From contig DASYYH010000007.1 of NCBI GenBank assembly GCA_035934015.1, forward strand, positions 1,750 through 65,749: DNA of 64,000 bases. The letters are read 5' to 3'. This stretch comes from Candidatus Acidiferrales bacterium (GTDB lineage Bacteria; Acidobacteriota; Terriglobia; Acidiferrales; UBA7541). The notes below the pieces were generated by a model, which ran no database searches, was not told where the DNA came from, and saw nothing but the letters and a program-made list of their open reading frames with translations. Numbering within the stretch: the first letter of the stretch is position 1; every line of letters starts with the position of its first letter. This document shows positions 1 to 7,927 of this stretch, in pieces. A program made the position numbers and the translations under genes.

Positions 1-594
1 TTCGGGGTGATCAAAAGACTGGTGGAGAAGAAAATCAAAGTGCCGCAGATCGCTTTCGCGACGGCGTTCGACGAATACGCGGTGCAAGCGTTCGAAGTGA
101 ACGCGGTGGATTATGTGCTGAAGCCGTTTGACAAAGGGCGAGTGGCCAAGGCGGTGCAGCGCGCGAAAAAAATGGTGGAGGCGAATGCGTCACCGGTGGA
201 GCGGCTCGAGACGCTGATCGAAAATCTGGGTGCACCGAAGCACATCGCAAGCACGAAGCCGATGAAACTGCTGCTGAAGGCGCAGCAGAAAATGTTTTTG
301 GTGGATGCGGACCAACTGGTTTATGCGTCGATCCAAGACGGGGCGATTACGATTTTCACGCGCGATTCGGAGGGCGTATCGAATTACCGGACGATCGAGG
401 AGCTGCAGGCGTCTCTCGACTCGGAACGGTTCTGGCGCGCTCATCGGTCGTATCTCGTGAACATCGACCACATCAAGGAAGTCGTGCCGTGGTTCAAATC
501 GAGCTACATGCTGAAAATGGATGACAAGCGCGCGAGTGAGGTGCCAGTGAGCCGCGCGCAGACACGGAAGTTGCGAGAGCTGGCGAAGCTTTAG
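1..594 (+). CDS. LytR/AlgR-family response regulator, 5'-truncated by the window edge (end of receiver domain + LytTR DNA-binding domain)
   Basis: Frame is open to base 1. Receiver signature AVDYVLKPF is followed by a LytTR-type C-terminus (FWRAHRSYLVNIDHIKEV...VPVSRAQ). Confidence 0.85.
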   Translation, partial: FGVIKRLVEKKIKVPQIAFATAFDEYAVQAFEVNAVDYVLKPFDKGRVAKAVQRAKKMVEANASPVERLETLIENLGAPKHIASTKPMKLLLKAQQKMFLVDADQLVYASIQDGAITIFTRDSEGVSNYRTIEELQASLDSERFWRAHRSYLVNIDHIKEVVPWFKSSYMLKMDDKRASEVPVSRAQTRKLRELAKL

Positions 595-650
595 ATTCGA
601 ATGGGCCCGGTGAAAATGAGTTCAATCCATCAGGAGAGGAAGGAGCAGCG

Positions 651-1280
651 ATGAAAAAGTACATCGTGGAGCTGATTGGGACTTTCTTTCTGGTATTGAC
701 GGTGGGATGCACGTCGATTGGAAATGGGGCGGGGGCAATGGCACCGCTGGCCATCGGCGCCGTGCTAATGGTGATGATTTATGCCGGAGGGTATATCTCT
801 GGAGCACATTACAACCCGGCCGTGACGCTGGGAGTTTGGTTGCGAGGGAAGTGCGATACAAAGGATGTGATTCCCTACTGGATCGCGCAATTTATCGGGG
901 CGCTGGCTGCGGCAGTTGTCGTCAATCATTGTTTGAAGGTTGGGGCGACGGTGCTGCCAATGACGCTGCCTGTTGCGGCTTCGCTGGTTTCTGAATTCCT
1001 GTTTACGTTTGCGCTGGTGTATGTGGTGCTGACGACGGCGACGGCCAAAGGAACTGAGGGGAATTCATTCTACGGGCTGGCGATCGGCATGACGGTCATG
1101 GCGGGCGCGTACGCCGTTGGGAATATTTCGGGCGCGGTGTTCAATCCGGGCGTTGCGCTGGGCGTTACGATGATGGGCATGGCGGGGTGGTCGAGCCTTT
1201 GGATTTACCTCGTGTCGGAGTTTATCGGCGGGGCAGCGGCCGCGGGAGTTTTCAGGATGGTGAATCCGGCAGACAATTGA
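651..1280 (+). CDS. MIP-family channel (aquaporin / glycerol-facilitator-like)
   Basis: Hydrophobic six-helix pattern. First NPA box is SGAHYNPAVTLG; the second box reads SGAVFNPGVALG (NPG variant). SD aaggag lies 6 nt before the ATG. Confidence 0.85.
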   Translation: MKKYIVELIGTFFLVLTVGCTSIGNGAGAMAPLAIGAVLMVMIYAGGYISGAHYNPAVTLGVWLRGKCDTKDVIPYWIAQFIGALAAAVVVNHCLKVGATVLPMTLPVAASLVSEFLFTFALVYVVLTTATAKGTEGNSFYGLAIGMTVMAGAYAVGNISGAVFNPGVALGVTMMGMAGWSSLWIYLVSEFIGGAAAAGVFRMVNPADN

Positions 1281-1517
1281 TCGGAAGCTGAGGGCCAGAA
1301 GCCGTCGAGAGAATTTTTAAGGGTTAAATTCTGGCGATGGGTATACGTGTGTTTCGGCATGTTCACAAATGTCGCAGAGGATTTGCCGCAAATTATCCCG
1401 CCTGTAACTGATCGTTAGCCGTTCTTTCATCGCAAGGGACTACAAGGGCAGCGCGCGAGATCGAAGCGTTCGGCCGCGCTGACGATTCCGCGACTTTGCA
1501 AAGTGAAGGAGCCAAGG

Positions 1518-3503
1518 ATGAGCATGGAATCCGTTATGCGGAAAGTCTGCGCTTTGAGTATCCGACAAATCGTGTGCCTGATGATGGCCCTGCAATTGGT
1601 CACACTCGGAATGCCGATGCCCGTGAACGCGCATGGAAATGGCGGAAACACCGCGGACAATCGTACGCGCACGCCGATCAAGCACGTCATCGTGATCATC
1701 GGCGAAAACCGGACGTTTGATCACCTGTTTGCGACCTATAAGCCGAAAAATCACCAGACGATTTGGAATTTACGTTCCGAAGGAATTGTCAACGAGGATG
1801 GGACTCCGGGACCGAACTACTCACTCGCGGAACAGGATTCGGCGCTGGATCTGAGCCCGAGCCCGTTCGAGGAAAGCCCGATGGGGAAGTCGCTCTTTCC
1901 GGTGTTGCCTCCGGTATTGACGGGAGGGCCAAAGGCGCCACTTTTCTCGACCGTGGCGCAGGCACAGGCGGCGGAAAACGGGCTGGCGCCTGGCTATTAC
2001 CAATTTTTGACAACGGGAGGAACGGGACAGGCAAGCAGCGTGCCGGACGCGCGCATTTCGTACAACGGCGAGGGCGCGACGATGCTGCCGGATGGGCCAT
2101 TCCAATTGACGCCCGGCGTTCCTTACGATGCCTATGCGGGAAGCCCTGTGCACCGGTTCTATCAGATGTGGCAGCAGGAGGATTGCAACTCGGCTTACGC
2201 GACGCAGCGGAATCCGAGCGGATGCAAAGCGGATTTGTTTCCGTGGGTCGAAGTGACCATCGGCGCGGGAAGCAACGGCAAGCTGCCCGGTTCGCCAGCG
2301 TATGACGCGCCAAGCGGCGAAGGCGCAACGGCAATGGGTTTCTACAACATGGCCCAGGGAGACGTTCCGTATTTCAAGTATCTGGCCGACCATTATTCGT
2401 TCAGCGACAACTACCATCAGGCGGTGATGGGCGGGACGGGCGCAAATCACATCATGCTGGGTACGGGCTACGCGATTCCATTCACCGACGGCAAAGGAAA
2501 TGCCATTACGCCGCCATCGAATGAAATTGAGGATCCCGATCCCCAGACGGGCACAAACAACTGGTACACGCAGGATGGGTATTCGGGCGGAACGTACAGC
2601 GAGTGCGCTGACGCGACGCAACCGGGAGTGGCAGAGATCGACAGTTACCTGGCGTCGCTGGCGCGGCCAATCAACCCGAATTGCCAGGCTGGCAACTACT
2701 ACCTGCTGAACAATTACAATCCGGGATACTACGGCGACGGCACGGTAGCTTTTGGGGATCCCAAAGGCATGGTGTTCACTGTCCCGCCATCGCCTGTGCG
2801 AACCATTGGCGACGACCTGCTCGCCGCGAATATTTCCTGGAAATATTACGGCGACGGCTGGAACAACTACGTCGCCGACCAATACAACCCGAACAATACG
2901 TACTGCAATATTTGCAACTTCGAGCAGTACGCGACTTCGATCATGACGAACGCGGCGGTGCGCACGGCGCACTTGCAGGACACGGCGAATCTTTACACCG
3001 ACATCGCGAATGGGAACTTGCCGGCGGTGTCGTTCGTGAAGCCGAGCGGATTGGTGGACGGGCATCCGGCTTCGTCGAAGTTCGACTTGTTCGAGGGCTT
3101 CGTGAAGAAAATCGTGGATGGAGTGCAGGCGAATCCGAAGCTGTGGGCGAGCACGGCCATTTTCATCACGGTGGATGAAGGCGGCGGATATTACGATTCA
3201 GGGTACGTGCAGCCGCTGGATTTCTTCGGCGACGGCACGCGCATCCCGTTGATTGTGGTTTCGGCGCACACGGATGCGGGGCACATCTCGCACGAATATG
3301 CGGACCACGTCTCGATTTTGAAGTTCATCGAGGCGAACTGGAATTTGCCGCCGGTCAGCAGCGTCGGCCGGGACAATCTGCCAAATCCGCTTGCAGCCAA
3401 GAATAATCCGTATGTGCCGGAGAACAGCCCGGCGATCAGCGATTTGATGGACCTGTTCGACTTCGGCCACGGCAACGGCCATGGCCAAGGGAATGGGCAT
3501 TAA
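1518..3503 (+). CDS. Secreted phosphoesterase-family protein (non-haemolytic phospholipase C / AcpA acid phosphatase family)
   Basis: N-terminal signal-like segment, then the family hallmark IKHVIVIIGENRTFDHLFATY and C-terminal ITVDEGGGYYD. ATG 1518 was chosen because SD aaggag (1506-1511) lies 6 nt upstream. His/Gly tail FGHGNGHGQGNGH. Confidence 0.8.
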   Translation: MSMESVMRKVCALSIRQIVCLMMALQLVTLGMPMPVNAHGNGGNTADNRTRTPIKHVIVIIGENRTFDHLFATYKPKNHQTIWNLRSEGIVNEDGTPGPNYSLAEQDSALDLSPSPFEESPMGKSLFPVLPPVLTGGPKAPLFSTVAQAQAAENGLAPGYYQFLTTGGTGQASSVPDARISYNGEGATMLPDGPFQLTPGVPYDAYAGSPVHRFYQMWQQEDCNSAYATQRNPSGCKADLFPWVEVTIGAGSNGKLPGSPAYDAPSGEGATAMGFYNMAQGDVPYFKYLADHYSFSDNYHQAVMGGTGANHIMLGTGYAIPFTDGKGNAITPPSNEIEDPDPQTGTNNWYTQDGYSGGTYSECADATQPGVAEIDSYLASLARPINPNCQAGNYYLLNNYNPGYYGDGTVAFGDPKGMVFTVPPSPVRTIGDDLLAANISWKYYGDGWNNYVADQYNPNNTYCNICNFEQYATSIMTNAAVRTAHLQDTANLYTDIANGNLPAVSFVKPSGLVDGHPASSKFDLFEGFVKKIVDGVQANPKLWASTAIFITVDEGGGYYDSGYVQPLDFFGDGTRIPLIVVSAHTDAGHISHEYADHVSILKFIEANWNLPPVSSVGRDNLPNPLAAKNNPYVPENSPAISDLMDLFDFGHGNGHGQGNGH

Positions 3504-3551
3504 TCGCCGAAGCGGTTAGACGCATTTTGCAGTAGAAAAGCAGGAAAGTTT

Positions 3552-3589
3552 CCGGCGCCGGCGCTGATCCCCAGCAGCGCTGGCGCCGG
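3552..3589. terminator. Bidirectional intrinsic-terminator-like hairpin between convergent genes
   Basis: 15-bp GC-rich stem CCGGCGCCGGCGCTG / CAGCGCTGGCGCCGG (one G-U pair) with an 8-nt loop. Flanks are T-rich on both strands (gaatgatttatt on +; ctgcttttctac on -). Confidence 0.6.
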
Positions 3590-3625
3590 GAATGATTTAT
3601 TGTCCTTCAGGGTAGGTTTCCGTTG

Positions 3626-4186
3626 CTAGAAAAGCAGTCGGCGCTCAATCAGTATCACTATGCCAATCGAGGTCAAAAGAAGAAAACCCACGGAATAAAT
3701 GTAAAAGACAATACGAATTTTAGGCCACAGCCACATCGGAAATTGATCGGCGAACTTGTCGCCCCATGTTTCGTTGAACCGCGGTACTGCCGCAGATTCA
3801 TCCGCCCCTGGCTTCCACCGTGAGGCAATCCATGTAGCGCGGAGATTTGCCAGGAGCAACGCAGCGATAAGAATTCGAAAAGCAGGATTTCCTCCACCTA
3901 GGGAATCGATCAGAAACATGACAAACACCACCAATGCCGCATACCGGCTATGTTCTCGCACACCAACTCCGCCTAAGTAATAGAAAAAAAGAACGAATAG
4001 CGCTGCTATTGGATGGCCTTCGACCGCTGATAGCAGGAGCGAAAGGACTCCAACAATGAAACACACCCAATAGCCTTGTGTGCCAAGGTAGTCGACGTCA
4101 TTGCTGGTCCGCACAGATGGCCAAAGCAGACTCTTAAGGCGTCCTTCCGCTTTCACGTCGGAGCCGGAAATGCCGAGGGTTTGCAC
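3626..4186 (-). CDS. Hypothetical integral membrane protein
   Basis: 186-aa ORF with 4-5 hydrophobic helices. No recognisable catalytic motif. AT-richer than its neighbours. Confidence 0.55.
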   Translation of the reverse strand: MQTLGISGSDVKAEGRLKSLLWPSVRTSNDVDYLGTQGYWVCFIVGVLSLLLSAVEGHPIAALFVLFFYYLGGVGVREHSRYAALVVFVMFLIDSLGGGNPAFRILIAALLLANLRATWIASRWKPGADESAAVPRFNETWGDKFADQFPMWLWPKIRIVFYIYSVGFLLLTSIGIVILIERRLLF

Positions 4187-4334
4187 GGCATGGATTTAAC
4201 CACAATTGAAAACTAAAGTCTGCATGCCATGGCCGAACGCTCGTGAAGTGGCGTGAGGATACGTATAGAAAAACGCAATCGCTCCCGCTTGCGATTTCGA
4301 GTTGCTGTGGTAGCATCGCCGGTATACTTTTCGC

Positions 4335-5540
4335 GTGGATTTTTCGCTCAATTCGGAACAAAAAGTGCTGCGCGACACAGTGCGGCAGTTCATGGAGACG
4401 GAGATGCGTCCCGTGCTGCGGGCGTACGAGCGCGAGGAGAAATTTCCGGCGGCGGAGCTGCGCAAGCTGGGCGAGATGGGCTGCTGCGGGATGCTCATCC
4501 CCGAGGAGTGGGGCGGCGCGGGGATGGACACGGTCAGCTACGCGGTGATGCTGGAAGAAGTGGCGCGCGTGTGTGCGTCGACGGCGGTGACGCTGAGCGT
4601 GACGAATTCCGTGGTGGCCGCGCCGCTCGGGAATCACGGGAGCGAGGCGCAGAAGAAAAAATATTTGAGGCGATTGGCGAGCGGCGAGATTCTCGGTTCG
4701 TTTTGCCTGACGGAACCACAGGCCGGCTCGGATGCGGCAGGAATTCAGGCGCGTGCGGTGCGCGATGGCGATTTCTATGTGTTGAATGGAACGAAGACGT
4801 GGGTTTCGAGCGGCGGGCAGACGGGAGTGTATGTCGTGTTCGCGAAGACCGTTCCTTCGTCCCTCGCTTCGTCAGGGCAGGCAGGGCAAGCGGACCCGAC
4901 AGCCGGGTCGAAGAGTGTGACGGCATTTCTTGTCGAGCCGACATTTCCTGGGTTCCGCGTGGCGCGGTACGAAGATAAGATGGGACTGCGGCTTTCGAAA
5001 TCGGCGGAACTGTCGCTGACGGATTGCCGCGTGCCGGCGGAGAATCGCATCGGCGAGGAAGGGCAGGGGCTGAAGATTGCGTTCGAGGCGCTCGACGGCG
5101 GCCGCGTGGGCATCGCGGCACAGTCGGTGGGGCTGGCGCAGGCGGCGCTGGAAGCGTCAGTGAAATACGCGAAGCAGCGGCGCGCGTTTGGCAAGACGAT
5201 CAGCGAATTTCAGGCCATTCAGTGGATGCTCGCGGACATGCAAACGGAAATCGAGGCGGCGCGCGGGCTGATGTATTACGCGGCGTGGATGCGCGATCAG
5301 GGCGCGGCGATCGCGCCGATGAGGCGCGGCGCGCAAGCGGCGCGAGCGAAATTGTACGCGAGCGAGATGGCAAATCGTGTTTGCGCGAAGGCTGTGCAGA
5401 TTCATGGCAGCCAGGGATTTTCGCGCGAGAGCGATGTGGAGCGGTATTACAGGGATGCGCGCGTGCTGACGATTTATGAAGGCACGAGCGAGATGCAGCG
5501 GACCGTGATTGCAAGAGAACTGCTGAAGAACAGTGGCTAG
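4335..5540 (+). CDS. Acyl-CoA dehydrogenase (short/medium-chain type)
   Basis: Typical ACAD layout: MDFSLNSEQ..., CLTEPQAGSDA, and a C-terminal YEGTSEMQR catalytic-Glu motif. GTG start. Confidence 0.9.
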   Translation: MDFSLNSEQKVLRDTVRQFMETEMRPVLRAYEREEKFPAAELRKLGEMGCCGMLIPEEWGGAGMDTVSYAVMLEEVARVCASTAVTLSVTNSVVAAPLGNHGSEAQKKKYLRRLASGEILGSFCLTEPQAGSDAAGIQARAVRDGDFYVLNGTKTWVSSGGQTGVYVVFAKTVPSSLASSGQAGQADPTAGSKSVTAFLVEPTFPGFRVARYEDKMGLRLSKSAELSLTDCRVPAENRIGEEGQGLKIAFEALDGGRVGIAAQSVGLAQAALEASVKYAKQRRAFGKTISEFQAIQWMLADMQTEIEAARGLMYYAAWMRDQGAAIAPMRRGAQAARAKLYASEMANRVCAKAVQIHGSQGFSRESDVERYYRDARVLTIYEGTSEMQRTVIARELLKNSG

Positions 5541-5681
5541 TGGCGAGTGGCTAGCGAAAGGCGAAGACATCGCGCGGATGAAACGCGCGACAGGAAGTGG
5601 AACAGAGACTCCGTTTACGTCGCGGCTGAAGCCACGACCCACAACCCACAACGATTCGGCTTGATGGCGGGTGAGCGATAA

Positions 5682-6992
5682 GTGGAAAGCGAAGACAGAA
5701 GCACGCGTAGGGCGAGGGTGCTGAGCGGGATGCGGCCGACGGGGCGGCTGCACATCGGGCATTACTTCGGCGCGCTGTCGAATTGGCTGAAGATGCAGGA
5801 GGAATATGACTGCTTCTACTTTGTGGCGGACTGGCACGCGCTGACGACGCATTACGCGGATAGTTCGCAGGTGGCGGCGAACACGCTGGAAGTGGCAACC
5901 GACTGGCTGGCCGTGGGGCTCGATCCGAAGAAAGCGACGATTTTCATTCAGTCGAGCGTGCCGGAGCATGCGGAGCTGCATCTGCTGCTGTCGATGATTA
6001 CGCCGCTTTCGTGGCTCGAGCGCGTCCCGACGTACAAAGAGCAAATCGAGAATTTGCGCGACAAAGATTTGGGGACGTATGGATTTTTGGGTTATCCGCT
6101 GCTGCAGGGCGCGGATATTGTGATGTACGGCTTGCCCGCCGCGGCGGGTGAACCCGGGCAGAAGCTGTTGGTGCCAGTGGGAGAGGATCAGGCGCCGCAC
6201 ATTGAGATGACGAGAGAGATTGTGCGGAGATTTAATGTTCATTTCGGGGTTGAATTAGATTCGGCTCTTTGGAGCAACGAGTACGTCCTTAGAGAAGTAT
6301 GGTCTCACGTTACGTCTGAAACGATAAAATCCGTCGCAGGTCAAACGCCAATTTTCGAAGAGTTGTTCCCACTTGCAATAAAGAAATATATCGCCGAGAT
6401 AGGTTTTGATAATTTCGTCGCGAAATGCCCACAAGCGGAACCTTTTGTACGAAGGCGCGCCATCCTGCAAGAGCCGGATGTGATTCTCACCGAAACGCCG
6501 CGGGTGCCGGGGACGGATGGGCGGCGGATGGCGAAAAGTTACGGGAACGCGATATGGCTGAGCGACACGCCGGAGGAAATTCGCGCGAAAGCCAAGAATA
6601 TGATGACGGACCCGCAGCGCGTTAAGCGGACGGACCCGGGGCGGCCGGAAGTTTGTCCGGTGTTTGCGTACCACAATTTGTTTCCGGAGAAAAAATCGGC
6701 GGAGGATTGCGCGCGCATCGAGCGTGTGAACCGCGAATGCCGCACGGCGGCGATCGGCTGCGTTGACTGCAAGAAGCTGATGGCCGATGCGCTCGTGAAA
6801 TGGATTGAGCCGATTCAGGCGCGTCGCGCGAAATACGAAAAGAACCCGCGGGAAGTGTGGCAAGTCCTCGAGGATGGTTCGCGACGGGCGAAGAAAGTGG
6901 CGGAAGGAACAATGGAGCGTGTGCGGAAAGCGGTCTTCAACTGGGAGGGGGCGGGCAGACGTGCTCCTTCGCCGGTGACGCAAGGGAAGTGA
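5682..6992 (+). CDS. trpS: Tryptophan--tRNA ligase (Thermotoga-like form with C-terminal Cys cluster and an internal 71-aa insertion)
   Basis: HIGH-type motif PTGRLHIGHY, ADWHALT, VGEDQAPHIE, and KMSKS-type motif RMAKSYGN. Cys cluster C-x27-C-x6-C-x2-C at 6654-6770. Confidence 0.9.
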   Translation: MESEDRSTRRARVLSGMRPTGRLHIGHYFGALSNWLKMQEEYDCFYFVADWHALTTHYADSSQVAANTLEVATDWLAVGLDPKKATIFIQSSVPEHAELHLLLSMITPLSWLERVPTYKEQIENLRDKDLGTYGFLGYPLLQGADIVMYGLPAAAGEPGQKLLVPVGEDQAPHIEMTREIVRRFNVHFGVELDSALWSNEYVLREVWSHVTSETIKSVAGQTPIFEELFPLAIKKYIAEIGFDNFVAKCPQAEPFVRRRAILQEPDVILTETPRVPGTDGRRMAKSYGNAIWLSDTPEEIRAKAKNMMTDPQRVKRTDPGRPEVCPVFAYHNLFPEKKSAEDCARIERVNRECRTAAIGCVDCKKLMADALVKWIEPIQARRAKYEKNPREVWQVLEDGSRRAKKVAEGTMERVRKAVFNWEGAGRRAPSPVTQGK

Positions 6993-7005
6993 ACGACACG
7001 AGCTG

Positions 7006-7050
7006 AATACCTTGCGCAGATAAGGCGCGCAATAGGAAGGGTCTTTGAAG
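7006..7050 (+). repeat. Imperfect direct repeat, copy 1 (matches the 3' end of the 7202-7699 gene)
   Basis: aataccttgcgcagataaggcgcgcaataggaagg aligns with aataccttgcgcgggtaaagcgcacaaaaggaag at 7682-7726. One frame reads ...NTLRR* against ...NTLRG* in the intact gene. Confidence 0.7.
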
Positions 7051-7092
7051 TGCGTTGCGGGTTGGCGGGTCGCGGTTGCCGACGAGCAGGGG

Positions 7093-7164
7093 ATGGAGCG
7101 AGTTCGGAAGGCGGTTTTCAATTGGGAAGGCGCGGGACGAAATACAGTGATGAGTGCCAAGTGA
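7093..7164 (+). repeat. Displaced duplicate of the trpS 3' end (fragment; possibly a 23-aa ORF)
   Basis: 7093-7140 encodes MERVRKAVFNWEGAGR, identical to trpS residues encoded at 6912-6959. 9 of the 16 codons differ and every difference is synonymous. Confidence 0.8.
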
Positions 7165-7201
7165 CGAGTGACGAGCAAGCGACGCGCAAAGGCAGTGACG
7201 A

Positions 7202-7699
7202 GTGATAAACAATACGCCAAAAGCGCACGGTGTCTGGACGGTGGTTTGGATCGGGCTTGTCGCGGGGACGCTGGATATTTCGGAAAACATTATCTTCAAC
7301 GCGTTCCGGCACATCACGCCGTATCAGATTTTTCAATACATCGCGAGCGGATTGATTGACGGCAGGTCCTTCGCGATGGGGGGAGCATCGGTGACGCTGG
7401 GAGTGGCGATTCATTACACGATTGCGATGACCTGGACGGTGGTGTTTTACCTTTTGAGCCGCAGACTGATAATTTTGACGCGGCAGGCCACGATTTGCGG
7501 CATTGTGTACGGCGGCGCGGTTTATGTCATCATGAATTTCGTGGTGCTGCCGATGACGCGCGTGCCGCATGCGCCGGCGGCGATGGCAGTGGCGTCACGA
7601 GTGAGCGGCGTGCTGGCGCTGCTCTTTTGCATTGGGCTGGCGATTGCGCTGATGGTGAAGAGGTTTGCGCCGCCGAGGGCTAATACCTTGCGCGGGTAA
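7202..7699 (+). CDS. Hypothetical integral membrane protein
   Basis: 165-aa ORF with a GTG start and four hydrophobic helices. No family recognised. Confidence 0.6.
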   Translation: MINNTPKAHGVWTVVWIGLVAGTLDISENIIFNAFRHITPYQIFQYIASGLIDGRSFAMGGASVTLGVAIHYTIAMTWTVVFYLLSRRLIILTRQATICGIVYGGAVYVIMNFVVLPMTRVPHAPAAMAVASRVSGVLALLFCIGLAIALMVKRFAPPRANTLRG

Positions 7700-7726
7700 A
7701 GCGCACAAAAGGAAGATTTGTTGTGA
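7682..7726 (+). repeat. Imperfect direct repeat, copy 2
   Basis: See 7006-7050. This copy spans the stop codon of the 7202-7699 gene. Confidence 0.7.
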
Positions 7727-7927
7727 GAGCATGTTGACACAAGGAGTGCGACGCGGTTTTTGAGGCGTTTTGCATCTGACTAGCGATTGGCGCTGCCCGA
7801 GATAAATTTCGCACCGCGGATAGAAACAGACGTTTTGTGAGAGTGAGCGAGAAAAGGTGAGGTGAATTTACCGGCTGCTGGCGCAGCCGCGGGCGACCTG
7901 AAGGTCGCCCCTACGAAAACACAGAAT

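Noticed and set aside
1821-3065. Long antisense or shadow ORFs. Examples are 1821..3065(-), 5157..6242(-), 10546..11676(-), 22026..23093(+), 56011..57090(-) and 60000..61091(-).
   Set aside because: Each lies opposite a gene with clear family motifs. Their translations are Arg/Pro/Ala-rich low-information sequences, as expected for mirror frames in GC-rich DNA.
3465-3503. His/Gly-rich C-terminal tail (FGHGNGHGQGNGH) of the phosphoesterase as a metal-binding module
   Set aside because: It is a 13-residue low-complexity tail. Metal affinity is plausible, but nothing in the sequence distinguishes function from drift.
4850-4920. Low-complexity insertion (VPSSLASSGQAGQADPTAGS) in the acyl-CoA dehydrogenase
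   Set aside because: It is a Ser/Gly/Ala/Gln-rich loop at a surface-variable position of ACADs, and all catalytic motifs are intact. It is probably a lineage-specific loop.
5541-5681. Possible T-box or trp-attenuator leader upstream of trpS
   Set aside because: I found no T-box consensus (AGGGUGGNACCGCG-like), no specifier-loop architecture, no Trp-codon leader peptide and no terminator hairpin with a U tract.
7147-7205. Short GTGACGAG-type reiterations (gtgacgagtgacgagcaagcgacg...cagtgacgagtga) as a possible CRISPR or minisatellite
   Set aside because: There are only three irregular 8-9-nt copies with no spacer structure and no cas genes. They are too short and degenerate to call.
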